Positions 29,728 to 40,524 of a stretch of 64,000 bases of DNA are shown in pieces. The notes under the pieces were generated by a model that did not search any database, was not told where the DNA came from, and saw only the letters and a program-made list of their open reading frames with translations. The translations under genes and the position numbers were made by a program. The stretch lies in the IMG/VR virus record IMGVR_UViG_3300028388_006015, positions 11,148-75,147 of that record. The stretch is one strand, 5' to 3'. How positions within the stretch are numbered: the stretch's first letter is position 1; the number at the start of each line of letters is the position of its first letter. Origin of the DNA: a virus.

Positions 29728-31341
29728 TTAAATAGATGTATCAAGAATGAATGCTGTAAAGAACAGCTTATTCACCTCAAAGTTTGGCTCATATCCAAAT
29801 GTGATAAAGTATGCATCGCCATCAATGGAGATGTTAATATCTTGGAATGACAAAATCAAATTATCATCCTGATCTGTTGCTGTTCTGCGATTCAGATATC
29901 CTGCCAACCAAACTTCAACATCCTCTGGTGAAGGAATATTGCGATTTGGACCTGATTGTTGGTTGCCGAGAAGATCGAGTTTTGCATTTGCAATGATTTC
30001 TCTAGTAAGCTGTGCATTGATGCGCTCAACCTGAATCAAGTGACTCGTTCCATCGCTATTAACAACAAATTCGTTAAGTTGTAGTGTGTTGATGCCTTGA
30101 ATAACAATATGTGTGCCCAGATCAATATCGAACTTTGTCATCAGAACACCTGCTTCAAGACCTTGAGTACGCTCTTTCTTTTTCAGCGTATGTCTTTCGC
30201 CGTCGTAGTTTAGTGCTTTAAATGTAATTGGTGTTTGAGGTTCGAGACCCGCAATTCGGCCGACAACATAAGCTGCTTTATATAAAGCGGAAAATTCACG
30301 AAAAGCGCCGTTAAGTGCACTTGATGCATTGAGAATGCCTCCATGTACTACAATTGCTCGTGAACTATCGTATGTTTGTGCTGCTGCTATGGATTGACTA
30401 ACAAATTCGTCTGATGTGGCGCCGCCACCAACAACAAGAAACTTAACATACTTGGCCTCTTCAACCAAATGAGCGAGCACTTTAAGATTAGCTGCACTTG
30501 ATGCGTCACTACCTTCATCATCTGTTAAAACAAACGTATAGTCAAGTTCTGCAACCTCTTCAAGAAGATCGTCGACATCTGTTGCATTATACGTCTCAGA
30601 ACCACCTGTTGCCAATTGATTGCCAGAAATTGATACTAGATCTCCCGCAATAATCGTTCCTGTTGGAGTGCCAACGATAGAAAAATATTGCTTAAATAAC
30701 GCAGAAGAATTAGCCCATGCGACCAATTCATCTATTGTTGCAACTTCGTCAGACTGAACGATTAATCTCGGTGAAGTACTTGCTTCAGGAAGATCGAAGT
30801 CACTACCATCACTATGTGCTCCACGATATGTGCCTTCCCAAAACTTAACAATAAATTTGTTTGTATCGAGAACTCCCGCATGGAGTGTAGCGGCAAAACC
30901 TTTTGTCAATACACTACTAGACTCAACACCATCTGCACCTACTCCTTCACGCTTTGTTTTTACAACAAAATCGTCTGCAGCAAAAGCTAAGGTGATCGTT
31001 GCAGCGGTCGTTTCACGAGCATGTGCGAAGTATAACGTTGAAACACCAATACTACCAATACCGTTAGGACGGAATAGTGCCTCAGCAAGTGACCACATTA
31101 CACCACCTCGTGTAAATTGCTGAAACTCTTGAGCGGTATTAAATTCGTAAATCGCATTGCCTCCATTCGACAATTCGCCATTCACACCTGCTCCTCCATA
31201 CCCTGCTCCTTGCCCAAGGTCAATAAGCAAAACTTTACCGTAATCGAGGTCTCTCGGCGGATTTTGAATACCGGATTTTGTTTGTACGTAAACACCCGGT
31301 TCTGTAATTTTGCGACCTCCAAAAATATGTGACGTTGCCAT
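29728..31341 (-). CDS. contractile tail sheath protein
   Basis: ITEPGVY N-terminus, GRIAGLEPQTPITFK, IQGINTL. Confidence 0.9.
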   Translation of the reverse strand: MATSHIFGGRKITEPGVYVQTKSGIQNPPRDLDYGKVLLIDLGQGAGYGGAGVNGELSNGGNAIYEFNTAQEFQQFTRGGVMWSLAEALFRPNGIGSIGVSTLYFAHARETTAATITLAFAADDFVVKTKREGVGADGVESSSVLTKGFAATLHAGVLDTNKFIVKFWEGTYRGAHSDGSDFDLPEASTSPRLIVQSDEVATIDELVAWANSSALFKQYFSIVGTPTGTIIAGDLVSISGNQLATGGSETYNATDVDDLLEEVAELDYTFVLTDDEGSDASSAANLKVLAHLVEEAKYVKFLVVGGGATSDEFVSQSIAAAQTYDSSRAIVVHGGILNASSALNGAFREFSALYKAAYVVGRIAGLEPQTPITFKALNYDGERHTLKKKERTQGLEAGVLMTKFDIDLGTHIVIQGINTLQLNEFVVNSDGTSHLIQVERINAQLTREIIANAKLDLLGNQQSGPNRNIPSPEDVEVWLAGYLNRRTATDQDDNLILSFQDINISIDGDAYFITFGYEPNFEVNKLFFTAFILDTSI

Positions 31342-31397
31342 TGTTTATCAGATTTTCAGATAAAAATACATTTTTTAAAACAATAATGCTATGGGCA

Positions 31398-31646
31398 CTA
31401 CAAAGTTATTCTTTGTTTTATTGAATCACTTTCGTCGTGAACCTTATCATCTACCATAATAGAATACCACTCTTGTAGCGTGAATTCTTCTTGCTTATCA
31501 TACTTTCTCTCTACCACAAAAACCCATGATGATGGAAAAGCAGCAATTCTTGCATATTCCAAAGCACTATACATTTTCGGTGCCACTTTCTTCTTAGGTA
31601 TGGATTTTTTTGGGAGATTGTCTTTAATATCTTTCTCGTCACTCAT
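31398..31646 (-). CDS. hypothetical protein
   Basis: 82 aa; ATGA overlap with upstream gene. Confidence 0.55.
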   Translation of the reverse strand: MSDEKDIKDNLPKKSIPKKKVAPKMYSALEYARIAAFPSSWVFVVERKYDKQEEFTLQEWYSIMVDDKVHDESDSIKQRITL

Positions 31647-32296
31647 ATTGATGGAGTTATTTGTTGAATAAAAAGATTTCCAATAACAGGCATTACGTCA
31701 GTACTTTTAATTGACAAACAATAAATGCCGCGAAACGTCATGGACTTCATAAAGATACCAGGTGGAATCAATTCGCTATTTAACATAAGATCCCGTGCTG
31801 ATAAAGATACGTTTTGAAATCCTTGATGTGAAAGATGGGGTAGTAATGGCAACATCATTGCCTTTATCGCCTCATGTATGATAGTAACTTCGGTAGTATT
31901 ATTTGATGTTATCACTACGTCAATTGAGGAATCGAATATTCGCGCATACTCATTACTATATTCGCCATTTTGAACTGTTGCTCCTTGATAGTTTTCGTTA
32001 ACTCCCAAATTCATAGAATGTTCACTTTCATTAGATGACATAACATGAATTGTTGGAAGGTTTGCTCGATCTTCATCAAACGACAATGATACTTCAAGCT
32101 CTCTAGGATCTCCCTGTTCACGACTAAAAATACCAATAGCCTGTTCTGCAAAATTAATATGATCAATATTAATACCACTAAATAATCGCCACATCACAGT
32201 ATCTTGTTGTGATGGAGCTAATGATATGTCTCTCTTAATCTGACGAGCAATCTGATTAATTATATTGAATACTAATATTTGAGGTGATATAACCAT
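31643..32296 (-). CDS. tail terminator / neck protein
   Basis: LPTIHV motif; last neck gene before the sheath. Confidence 0.55.
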   Translation of the reverse strand: MVISPQILVFNIINQIARQIKRDISLAPSQQDTVMWRLFSGINIDHINFAEQAIGIFSREQGDPRELEVSLSFDEDRANLPTIHVMSSNESEHSMNLGVNENYQGATVQNGEYSNEYARIFDSSIDVVITSNNTTEVTIIHEAIKAMMLPLLPHLSHQGFQNVSLSARDLMLNSELIPPGIFMKSMTFRGIYCLSIKSTDVMPVIGNLFIQQITPSI

Positions 32297-32297
32297 T

Positions 32298-33110
32298 TTA
32301 AAACCCTTGAGCTGCTAAGTAATCATCAACACTCTTATCGACAATGTATTCAATATTAGTGTCATTCAATCCTTGCTGAGCAAAATTTTTAGCCATGAGT
32401 CCTCTATGAATCCACGAAAGAGGGCTACTATTCTTACTTACGCGACGAAAACTTGTATACTGTCCTTGCGTTGCTTTTTCGTACGTTTTCTGTGATCGCA
32501 CGATGCCTTGATATAGCGAAGTCTTGTGCCTATATTTTGCAAATGTTGTTTTTGTCTTGAGATCACTAAATGCTGCACGAGACTTTGGAGCTCGATGTTG
32601 TGCAGGTATTTCGTTAAATTGCAATCCTGTTCCTCTTGAAGAGATTCCCTGAATAGATGTTCGCGCGGCTGTTGATGTTTTACGTATTGCTTTGTATACA
32701 CTTACAGGCAATACGCCACTAAAAGCACTATTTTCTCCTAACGCACTTGGAGTAGCCCATCTAAAGGGAATCGTTAAATACCATTCGCCCTTTTTATTAT
32801 ACTTGACTTTATTACTTTGACTAAAGCCAATTTTCATATCCCACGCACTTGCTCCTCCTTCAATCATATTTGGCAACTGTCCTGTCAACATGACATAACC
32901 CACGAAAGGACCTTCGTCACCTACCACTAATGAGCGGCGGTAAAGATCGCGAGTGCTGTTAAGACCTTGACGAGCTACATTGTCCCAATTACGTGCAACT
33001 TCGGCAGTAACTTCATGAACAACATATTCATTTAGATCGCGAAACTGCTGAGAAGTTAGTTGAAACTCCTCTGCAAGTGCGCCAAGGTTAATTTCAACAG
33101 GAGGAAGCAT
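32298..33110 (-). CDS. neck / tail completion protein
   Basis: NMIEGGASAWDMK, YLTIPFR, FRRVS..SWIH as in SPO1-like neck genes. Confidence 0.6.
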   Translation of the reverse strand: MLPPVEINLGALAEEFQLTSQQFRDLNEYVVHEVTAEVARNWDNVARQGLNSTRDLYRRSLVVGDEGPFVGYVMLTGQLPNMIEGGASAWDMKIGFSQSNKVKYNKKGEWYLTIPFRWATPSALGENSAFSGVLPVSVYKAIRKTSTAARTSIQGISSRGTGLQFNEIPAQHRAPKSRAAFSDLKTKTTFAKYRHKTSLYQGIVRSQKTYEKATQGQYTSFRRVSKNSSPLSWIHRGLMAKNFAQQGLNDTNIEYIVDKSVDDYLAAQGF

Positions 33111-33897
33111 CTGTGTATGAGTTATCTATTAATTGTGTTTGATTATCATTGTTGCGATAAACATGAAAAGAGTCGAAAATATAATGTGCACGACGAGCAA
33201 CACTTGACACAGGCATATTTTGTGTTTCGGTAATACCTGTTCTCTTATCTTGCCTATCAGTAATCATCACTTCACGCGTCACATCAATAACGTGAAAAGC
33301 AGGATTATGAACGTATCTTAAAGACATTCCTTTCGGTCCATACTGATCGTAAATGTCACGACTCAGCTCAATAATATTAGAGCTTATAGTAATGTCAGTG
33401 CCTAATTCAAGCTTAACGAGAGGAAGAGCTTCGTCGAGAAATAAAAATGCCTCTTCAAGAGACACAATCTCATATACGGTCTTGGCAATAAATTTGCCTT
33501 TAGACTGTATAGGATACACAACTTCACTAAATCGAGATAATGCTTTTTGCACCGTAATGCGATCCATATACGCAATACCGTCCTTAGCTAAGGACGTTAC
33601 AGTAACATTACCAACTGTCTCTTCACTCCAATCCTTATATTGAGTGCGCAAATTCATAGACTGAACAACCATTTTGGTTTCAGTCTTTTGAATAAACAAC
33701 CATCCACTTCCAAGGCAATTCAAGCAATTCGTACTATTTTCGCCACCACGAGCTTTACATGGACACCTTAGTGCCTTTTCGTGATAAACATCAACGCCCT
33801 TAAACCACACCTGCGCATCGAAGTCTTCTTTTTGAAGATCAACACGAGCCTGTCCTTGCAAGTTTGGAGACGTTTGTGTAATGATTGCTTCTGCCAT
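33094..33897 (-). CDS. head-tail connector (neck) protein
   Basis: ALRCPC..CLNCLGSGW, MDRIT. Confidence 0.65.
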   Translation of the reverse strand: MAEAIITQTSPNLQGQARVDLQKEDFDAQVWFKGVDVYHEKALRCPCKARGGENSTNCLNCLGSGWLFIQKTETKMVVQSMNLRTQYKDWSEETVGNVTVTSLAKDGIAYMDRITVQKALSRFSEVVYPIQSKGKFIAKTVYEIVSLEEAFLFLDEALPLVKLELGTDITISSNIIELSRDIYDQYGPKGMSLRYVHNPAFHVIDVTREVMITDRQDKRTGITETQNMPVSSVARRAHYIFDSFHVYRNNDNQTQLIDNSYTDASSC

Positions 33898-34682
33898 TAT
33901 AAATTAACGATTGAATATCCTTTATACTTTGCTTTAAGACGAGGTAAAGCTTGTTTAAGATCTGCTAAATACCCCTGAATTCTCGATCCATAACCAGCAT
34001 TAGTTGCTGATGATGTTGTGGATATACTTTGAGAAAGGCCGTCAATACCAATTGATTGTGATGCGATACCTGCACCAAGAATAAGGTCTCCTAATAAATG
34101 GAAAATGTTGATACTGGCCAATTTACCAATAATATTGACAATGTCGTTAGGTGTTTTGTCGAATCCTGTACAATATACAATATGCCAATAATTGGGAATG
34201 TTATCGTAATACGCAAAACCTAAATGTGGAGTGAGCCCTGTATGAACTACAGCATTATTTTGAAATGCAACATCTGACCCATTAGGTACAACATGAAGTT
34301 GACGGTAATACAAGCCATCACTACCTTGCTTAGCTGACAACCATTCACTAGGATACGTTATTTGAAGAACGCTGTTGTAGAATCCTTTTAATTCTAGTGC
34401 TTTATTGACAGGGTATTTTGTTTGAACAAAGCCCCATTGCTGCCAAAGGTTGCGATTAAAGTCTTGAGTTTCAAAAACAACCTGTTTACGAAGCTTGATC
34501 GACAAGAACTCTTCAATCTCCTCCTGGGCAGACTTAATATAAAAGCTCAACACTTCATCACTAAGGCGTTGTCCTTTTGTAACTATTTGCTCAATACCAA
34601 AGAAGTATACGTTCAACAGCTTAGCGGGGCTAATTGCTAAGCTGTTGATCTCATAAGGTGCCTGAAGTGTAATAGTTGGCAT
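33897..34682 (-). CDS. head-tail adaptor protein
   Basis: YCTGF..P.DI, LGAGIASQSIGIDGLSQSISTT. Confidence 0.7.
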   Translation of the reverse strand: MPTITLQAPYEINSLAISPAKLLNVYFFGIEQIVTKGQRLSDEVLSFYIKSAQEEIEEFLSIKLRKQVVFETQDFNRNLWQQWGFVQTKYPVNKALELKGFYNSVLQITYPSEWLSAKQGSDGLYYRQLHVVPNGSDVAFQNNAVVHTGLTPHLGFAYYDNIPNYWHIVYCTGFDKTPNDIVNIIGKLASINIFHLLGDLILGAGIASQSIGIDGLSQSISTTSSATNAGYGSRIQGYLADLKQALPRLKAKYKGYSIVNL

Positions 34683-34691
34683 TATGTTGCT

Positions 34692-35039
34692 TTAGTCTTC
34701 AAGATTCTCAATAATCAGCTCAATAAGTTCGCTTTTCTTGAGATTAGCATATCCCTCAAGATCGGCCTCTTCTGCCATTGCGCGCAATTCTGCAAGTTTG
34801 AGTGCTTTAAGATCATTTCTAAACTGTTCAACGTTATTATCTTTAGACTGATCTTCATTAGACTCTTGACCTTCATCATCAATAAGCTCAAGACCATACT
34901 GATCACTAACCTCAATTACACGTGCAGGTACTTTTGCTCTTGGAATATCACAAACCCCATCTTCGTCAAAATCGAATGGCACGTTGCAGATTCGCACTGT
35001 AGAGCCTTTGCGATTGATTTTATCTGTTTTAAAGCGCAT
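34692..35039 (-). CDS. protein with C-terminal Rho-N/HeH motif
   Basis: LKLAELRAMAEEADLEGYANLKKSELIELI; directly after the MCP. Confidence 0.65.
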   Translation of the reverse strand: MRFKTDKINRKGSTVRICNVPFDFDEDGVCDIPRAKVPARVIEVSDQYGLELIDDEGQESNEDQSKDNNVEQFRNDLKALKLAELRAMAEEADLEGYANLKKSELIELIIENLED

Positions 35040-35062
35040 ATAAAGTATAGTTTTGAAAGTTG

Positions 35063-35094
35063 ATCAAAGGCCACACTTTCATGCAGCCTTTGAT
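35063..35094 (-). terminator. hairpin (terminator/stabiliser) after major capsid gene
   Basis: Minus strand ATCAAAGGCTGCAT-GAAA-GTGTGGCCTTTGAT with a GNRA loop; weak U tract. Confidence 0.55.
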
Positions 35095-35121
35095 TGTTAA
35101 CTTGAGTTTAAGCTATGTCGA

Positions 35122-36677
35122 TTAAGCCGGTGCTGTACGACCAATATTTATGAACCGTACCATCTTGCCAGGTGCATACAATTGGAGAGTGCCATAAAGC
35201 AGCACCATAAAGCGCGTTGCAGGGCTCAACACTGCGAGATTCATTTTCATCAAGGGTGCAAGTTGCTTGAACTCGTACACATCGGTAGAATCTTCGAACA
35301 ACATCGCTTCTTGAGTATCAGGCAACCAACGATTACGATCACCAACTTTCGTAGCAGCAGCTCCATCGTATCCTGCAGCAACCTGTGCTGTACTGACGGT
35401 AAACAGTGGATAAAACTTAACATCAGCAATGCTATTTGCATCATCCACTGCAGAACGATAAATCTGGTAAGCTGTGGCCGGGTAAGCACCACCACCGTCA
35501 ACAAACTGAAGATCTACACGATCACTTGCGGCAACTGTATCAGCACCACCACCGTTAAGAATCAACAGAGAAGATTCACCATAACGGTTGATTGCACTAA
35601 CAGCGTAATAGTAGTCTCCTGCATCACCAGCAGCAAAAAGAGATGCGCCGTCAGCATTGACAACAGCTGTTGGAGCTCCACCGGCCGTTGGTGCATTGGG
35701 CGCCTTTTGAGAAGTGGCTGCGGTAGCTTGTTTTTTGAATCCAGGCTTTTTCAGGAACTTGTCGTAACGGAAATTAACCTGACCAAACTGAGTTTGAACA
35801 GCATTAACCCGTTGCCCCATAATGCCTTGAGTGATCTGCTGACTGTTGGGGAAAATTTGCTTGTAGCTCAAGAAGTTTTTAGCAAAATCGCTAAGAACGA
35901 CCGGAGGAGCAAGTAGGGTATCGGGATAGGCATGATTATTGATGAGGATTTCGGAAGCCTCTTCAATCACGGTTTCTGTCAAACGTTCGCCGCGAAGGTC
36001 AACAACAACATCGGATCCCATATAGTCAGTCAGGCTGGAATAGGCGTTGCGATGCTGAGCATACATGCCGTTAGGCTGGAATAGGCGTTGCGATGCTGAG
36101 CATACATGCCGTTGAATTCTTGAGGAACGAGACTGGCATCTCCATAGGCAAGTGCGCGGTCAACTTTGCGGAGAATCCACATCGTACCACTTTTTACCTC
36201 ACTGTTGATCGCTCCACCAACACTGGGCTGAATACGAACCAACTGCATCGGGTGACTAACAGAACGAGTTGTTCCGAGGAACTTTACATGTTCTGCCATC
36301 CGACGGTAAACGGTATCTTCTTCTTCCGGAAGTTCACCTTCATTATTAAAGCCTCCGCGATCTTGACCGTAGCTCACGAGCTGATTGAACTCTTCTACAG
36401 TATTATAGGCGGGAGATTTGTTAACCATTCGCCAAAAGACAATATCGCTTTCACGAAACGTCAAGTGTTTGAGTGTGGACTCGAGAGACTCAACTTTCAA
36501 GGGGGCACCACTGGCTGTTGTAGAGCCTGTGACATCACGGCCGGTAACCTGACCTGCCTCCAATGCTTTGCTCAGGGCAGCGAGGTCTTGCGGGGTGGTC
36601 AACGCCTCCCCGAAAGCCCCATCTCCATTTTGCAACGAAGCGTAGTCCTCAAGGTTTACTCCTAAATTATGTACCAT
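35122..36677 (-). CDS. major capsid protein, frameshifted by a 41 bp duplication (~504 aa when repaired)
   Basis: LSKALEAG..GAPLKVESLESTL, EGELP, EFNG in the 36030-36677 ORF continue into DLRG..LAPLMKMNLA..LLYG in 35122-36066; SPO1/K-type MCP with inserted Ig-like segment. Confidence 0.9.
36032..36113. repeat. exact 41 bp tandem duplication
   Basis: AGGCTGGAATAGGCGTTGCGATGCTGAGCATACATGCCGTT at 36032-36072 and 36073-36113. Confidence 0.95.
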
Positions 36678-36722
36678 TTTGCGTTGATTTAGTTATGGTG
36701 TTAAAAAGATTAATTACGTATT

Positions 36723-38315
36723 TTACTGAATGATATGGACGTCGTGCTTTGTCTTGAGATCTTCAACGAGCTGTTGTACCGACAAAACCTTATCTCCATA
36801 AGCTTTTTCCAGATCAGGGTTGTTATCAAACGCCTTTTTCAGTGCTGTCATGTTGTGTGCACTACGACGACCAACTGGAGTGCTTTCTACCGTTTCTAGA
36901 CGATCTGTGAGTTCTTGGATTTGATTCTGAAAGCCCTTTACAATAGTGCCAAAGTTTTCTTTCAATTCATCCTGTGAAGCAGAAAAGTCGTCAAATTTTG
37001 ACGAGAGAACATCTTCAATACCTTTGATGATATTATCAGACGGATTGGTTTGATGTGAAAAATCTTCCAGAGGTGCATTATTTTCACCTTTCGACATTGT
37101 CTGCGAACTAGATTGTCCACCGTTATCTTCTTCATTAACGCCCTCCATTGTCTTATTGGGAGCGCTCATTCCTTGAATGGCCTTAACGAGAGTAGCAATG
37201 GCCTTTTCCATCCTGTCAACCTTTTCCATGGCCTTGTTGAAGTTTTCCATTTCAACAAATTTAGCACCATGGGTGACGTTATTGTCGGTTTTGTTGCTCA
37301 TCTCGACACTTTTTGCGTCAGGACCAGATGATACATCTGAGGGCATAGCTTTTACAATGTTGCCTTCAACGGAAAAACCGAGATCTGTCAATGCTTTCGT
37401 TAGATCTTCGTGAGTAAGTGTATTGTTGGTCGATTGTTGCATCGCTGAACGAATTTTTGCAAAATTATAAATCTTAGAAAATTCAGTGAACGGAATATTA
37501 TGCCTTAGCAATAAATTATAAACGTCACCTTTTGTTAAAACTGATTGCCTAAAATTACTATCTGTAGATTTATTAGACAACGGGGCGTATTTCTTTTCTT
37601 TATCGACACTTTCAAGAATTATTGGCTGATGGCTTTCAATTGTAGCTGCTTTTGCTACTTTGATATTAAAGCTGCGATCTATAGTGATTCGATACCCTTG
37701 ATCATTGGTTACGTCAACAATATACTCTTGACCTCCATCAGCAGGATTCTCTCGAGTGTCAAAAGCCATTTCAGTATCGTCATATTCGCCTTTTATTAGC
37801 GATAGTAACGTATTGCTATTTTTTGGAGTTGGTGTTATTGCACAACCAGTAATCTTGGCTTTCTTTACTTTTCGTGGGTCAAACACGTCGCGTTCTACCA
37901 CTTTTCCTTCTATACTAAAGCCCAGTCGACGATTGGATGAAGATTTTTCTAATGTTTGTGCAAGTGCGTAAACTTTACGTGCTTTTTCGGAATGAGGATA
38001 TAAAAAGCCCTCAACGTGCAATTTTTTACCTTTTACAAATGCCTTTGTTGGTTCGCCCACAATAGATGACGGATCGACACTACCTCTATGGTTGTAGTTG
38101 AAATATCCATGATTGAGAAAAAATGACAGGTCAAAACCAGTAGGGTCGAGCATTTCATCATCCGCATCAAGATCGGGAGTAGACGCTATACCTGCAATCA
38201 TCATTTTACCCTGCTCACTACCATCATCTGCTTTTTGTATCTCAATAGGTACAAAAAACTTAAACTTGTCAGGTACTCCGTTTGTTTTAGAGCGATAATG
38301 TGTATTGTGTAGCAT
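36723..38315 (-). CDS. prohead protease-scaffold fusion
   Basis: GIASTPDLDADDE, GYFNYNH, LGFSIEG, AITPTPKN protease domain, followed by a coiled-coil scaffold rich in Phi-x-K-[AG] sites. Confidence 0.85.
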   Translation of the reverse strand: MLHNTHYRSKTNGVPDKFKFFVPIEIQKADDGSEQGKMMIAGIASTPDLDADDEMLDPTGFDLSFFLNHGYFNYNHRGSVDPSSIVGEPTKAFVKGKKLHVEGFLYPHSEKARKVYALAQTLEKSSSNRRLGFSIEGKVVERDVFDPRKVKKAKITGCAITPTPKNSNTLLSLIKGEYDDTEMAFDTRENPADGGQEYIVDVTNDQGYRITIDRSFNIKVAKAATIESHQPIILESVDKEKKYAPLSNKSTDSNFRQSVLTKGDVYNLLLRHNIPFTEFSKIYNFAKIRSAMQQSTNNTLTHEDLTKALTDLGFSVEGNIVKAMPSDVSSGPDAKSVEMSNKTDNNVTHGAKFVEMENFNKAMEKVDRMEKAIATLVKAIQGMSAPNKTMEGVNEEDNGGQSSSQTMSKGENNAPLEDFSHQTNPSDNIIKGIEDVLSSKFDDFSASQDELKENFGTIVKGFQNQIQELTDRLETVESTPVGRRSAHNMTALKKAFDNNPDLEKAYGDKVLSVQQLVEDLKTKHDVHIIQ

Positions 38316-39610
38316 TACTGACTGTTTTTTCGCGTAATAAGATTTACACGTAATTGCTGAAAGTGTAAACTGTCTAACCCAAGCATTCCTGATTGATAAG
38401 CATTTTGTACGACCTCCATGGATTTACTAATTTCTTCCACACTAGGCCATTCACTCATCGTTCCAATAAAATTGTATAAGCGCTCAAGATAATCAAAATG
38501 CTCAAGAATTTCAACGGGATGATCTAATTGTTTTATTTCTTCAGGCTCCAACCAAGCAAATTCTTCATGCTCGTAATTTAACTTGACCTGAGGATCGTCC
38601 ATCTGTGCAAAAAAACAAAAAACATTCCAATCTGCCTCTTCGCGAACACCAATTAATTGAATTTCACTTGGCAGTGTAATGTTTGTCTCTTCCAGTATCT
38701 CTCTGCGTACAAGATCGTACGGAGATTCGTTTTTATCATCACTAGTGCCACCTGGCAAAAACCATTTATTAGGCTCCCAGGGCGCTTCTGGACCTCTCAG
38801 CAATGTTAATATTTTACCACGACTATTACGTATAATGCATACAGCACCATAATTATCGGCCTCAATTGCCTTCTTTAACTTATCATCAACATCTTTATTG
38901 TGCGTTTCCTTTTTAAGATTTAGTCGCTTTAATAGGTCGCTAATATTAAGATCGACAACATAGCACTTTACTCTAAAATTATCATCAACCTCTAACAAAG
39001 ATGCCCAATAATGATTGTTATCTGTAAGAAATTTATCATTACTTATAACAAACTCTCGTGGAGAAATCTGCTCAAGATCAGCTATGCAGCCAAGAATCTT
39101 TTCGTTATTAAATTCGCTTTGAATGGGCTTTAATTCTTTAACTGGAATAAACTGTACCTTAACCTTAATATCTTGATTGATAAAATGCTGCACAATATCT
39201 TCAACATCGTCTTGATTAATCTGAGGCATTCGATCACGAGTACGCTTAGGATCGGTATATTTAAGGTATTTGTGGTATTTAAGATTAGAGAACTCTAAAT
39301 CTCCCAATATGCCCTGAATTCCTTTTTGTAGCTCATTCTGCTGCAATGTTAATTCATCACACAACAAAGTTAATCGAGAAAGTGCACCGTCTCTTTTATT
39401 ATCATAATACTGCTGCACTTGATGTTTTCCAGAACCTGTTTGTACTTGATTGAATGCATTACTTCGACTCTTCTCTAAATCAACCATCTCATTTTTAAGA
39501 GCTTCAATTTGCCTCTTATATGATATGATATTGGTTAGTGAACGAGCACACGCACTATTTTTTGGCTCAGAAGAGAATAAATTGTCGATTAATTGTGAAA
39601 AATAGCTCAT
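38315..39610 (-). CDS. ParB/Srx-like + Nudix hydrolase fusion
   Basis: RDRMPQI..LKPIQSE..VISNDKFLTDNNHYW (ParB-like, degenerate DGHHR); WFLPGG..ESPYDLVRREILEETNI Nudix box. Confidence 0.75.
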   Translation of the reverse strand: MSYFSQLIDNLFSSEPKNSACARSLTNIISYKRQIEALKNEMVDLEKSRSNAFNQVQTGSGKHQVQQYYDNKRDGALSRLTLLCDELTLQQNELQKGIQGILGDLEFSNLKYHKYLKYTDPKRTRDRMPQINQDDVEDIVQHFINQDIKVKVQFIPVKELKPIQSEFNNEKILGCIADLEQISPREFVISNDKFLTDNNHYWASLLEVDDNFRVKCYVVDLNISDLLKRLNLKKETHNKDVDDKLKKAIEADNYGAVCIIRNSRGKILTLLRGPEAPWEPNKWFLPGGTSDDKNESPYDLVRREILEETNITLPSEIQLIGVREEADWNVFCFFAQMDDPQVKLNYEHEEFAWLEPEEIKQLDHPVEILEHFDYLERLYNFIGTMSEWPSVEEISKSMEVVQNAYQSGMLGLDSLHFQQLRVNLITRKNSQ

Positions 39611-40524
39611 ACTTTTGTGGTTTTGTCACCCACCTTGATTTCAATCTTTGAACGACGCTTAACTTTACGTTGAAATGTCTTTGGTGGCTGAAAAGTTTGT
39701 GTTTTATCATCCCAAATATAATCGTTAGGAACCTGTTCTAGAGTACAGCGACACCAAGGGTGTGTTGGTCCTATTACAGCTTTCCATTGATCGCTTTTTC
39801 TGCCAATATTAGTTCCATTCTGTAGTAGTGTATTGAGTTTAAATACAATCGGACGCGATCCAAGACCTTTTGTTAAGTATAAACGAATGCAATGACGACA
39901 TGCTCCTGGATAAACACTCTTCCATACTCGAACATCATCGCCATATTTTCTCTTAAAGCCATATGCTCTTCCGTGATCGAACCCATAATGCATAATGTAA
40001 TCACTTATGCGTCCAAAATCTCTCGACCAATCTCCTGTACGATGTCCAAGCTTTGATACTAATTGTTTAACATCTTCACGCTTAATGAATGATTTTTCAG
40101 CCTCCTCTTTAATTGCTTGTTCGTACTTTACTCTTTGAACTTGATCTTGCTCGATTAAAATTGTGTGAAATTGGCTTTTAATCTTATTTCCAAGACCTTT
40201 AATGTCATTATATGCAAAATTCTTAATCGCTTTTAAAGCGAATTTTTCTTGACTGTTAAGAGGAACCCATTCACCTGTCTTAATCTTGGTCTTTAATTGA
40301 GCAAATGTTAATTTATTAGCCTCCTTGTCGCTCATTAGTGTTGACATAATGCCAAACATAAAGTTGAGGTCGATGATATTAACGTCATCAGCCTCAACTA
40401 ATTGTTTTACTCTATCTTGCTCCTGAGCTGTAAGAACTTCCATGCCAACACTTGAAGCAATAAAAATCAAATGCTGCAGTTCGATAAGTTCAAGAAGCTC
40501 ATGTATTTGATCGTTGGATAGCAT
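39607..40524 (-). CDS. MuF / SPP1 gp7-like head morphogenesis protein
   Basis: DWSRDFGRI, ACRHC, GPTHPWCRC. Confidence 0.75.
   Translation of the reverse strand: MLSNDQIHELLELIELQHLIFIASSVGMEVLTAQEQDRVKQLVEADDVNIIDLNFMFGIMSTLMSDKEANKLTFAQLKTKIKTGEWVPLNSQEKFALKAIKNFAYNDIKGLGNKIKSQFHTILIEQDQVQRVKYEQAIKEEAEKSFIKREDVKQLVSKLGHRTGDWSRDFGRISDYIMHYGFDHGRAYGFKRKYGDDVRVWKSVYPGACRHCIRLYLTKGLGSRPIVFKLNTLLQNGTNIGRKSDQWKAVIGPTHPWCRCTLEQVPNDYIWDDKTQTFQPPKTFQRKVKRRSKIEIKVGDKTTKV

Noticed and set aside
35182-36665. Long plus-strand ORFs of 244 and 190 aa
   Set aside because: Antisense to the codon-biased capsid gene; no recognisable protein features
35122-36677. Two separate capsid genes or a programmed frameshift
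   Set aside because: The break is fully explained by the exact 41 bp duplication
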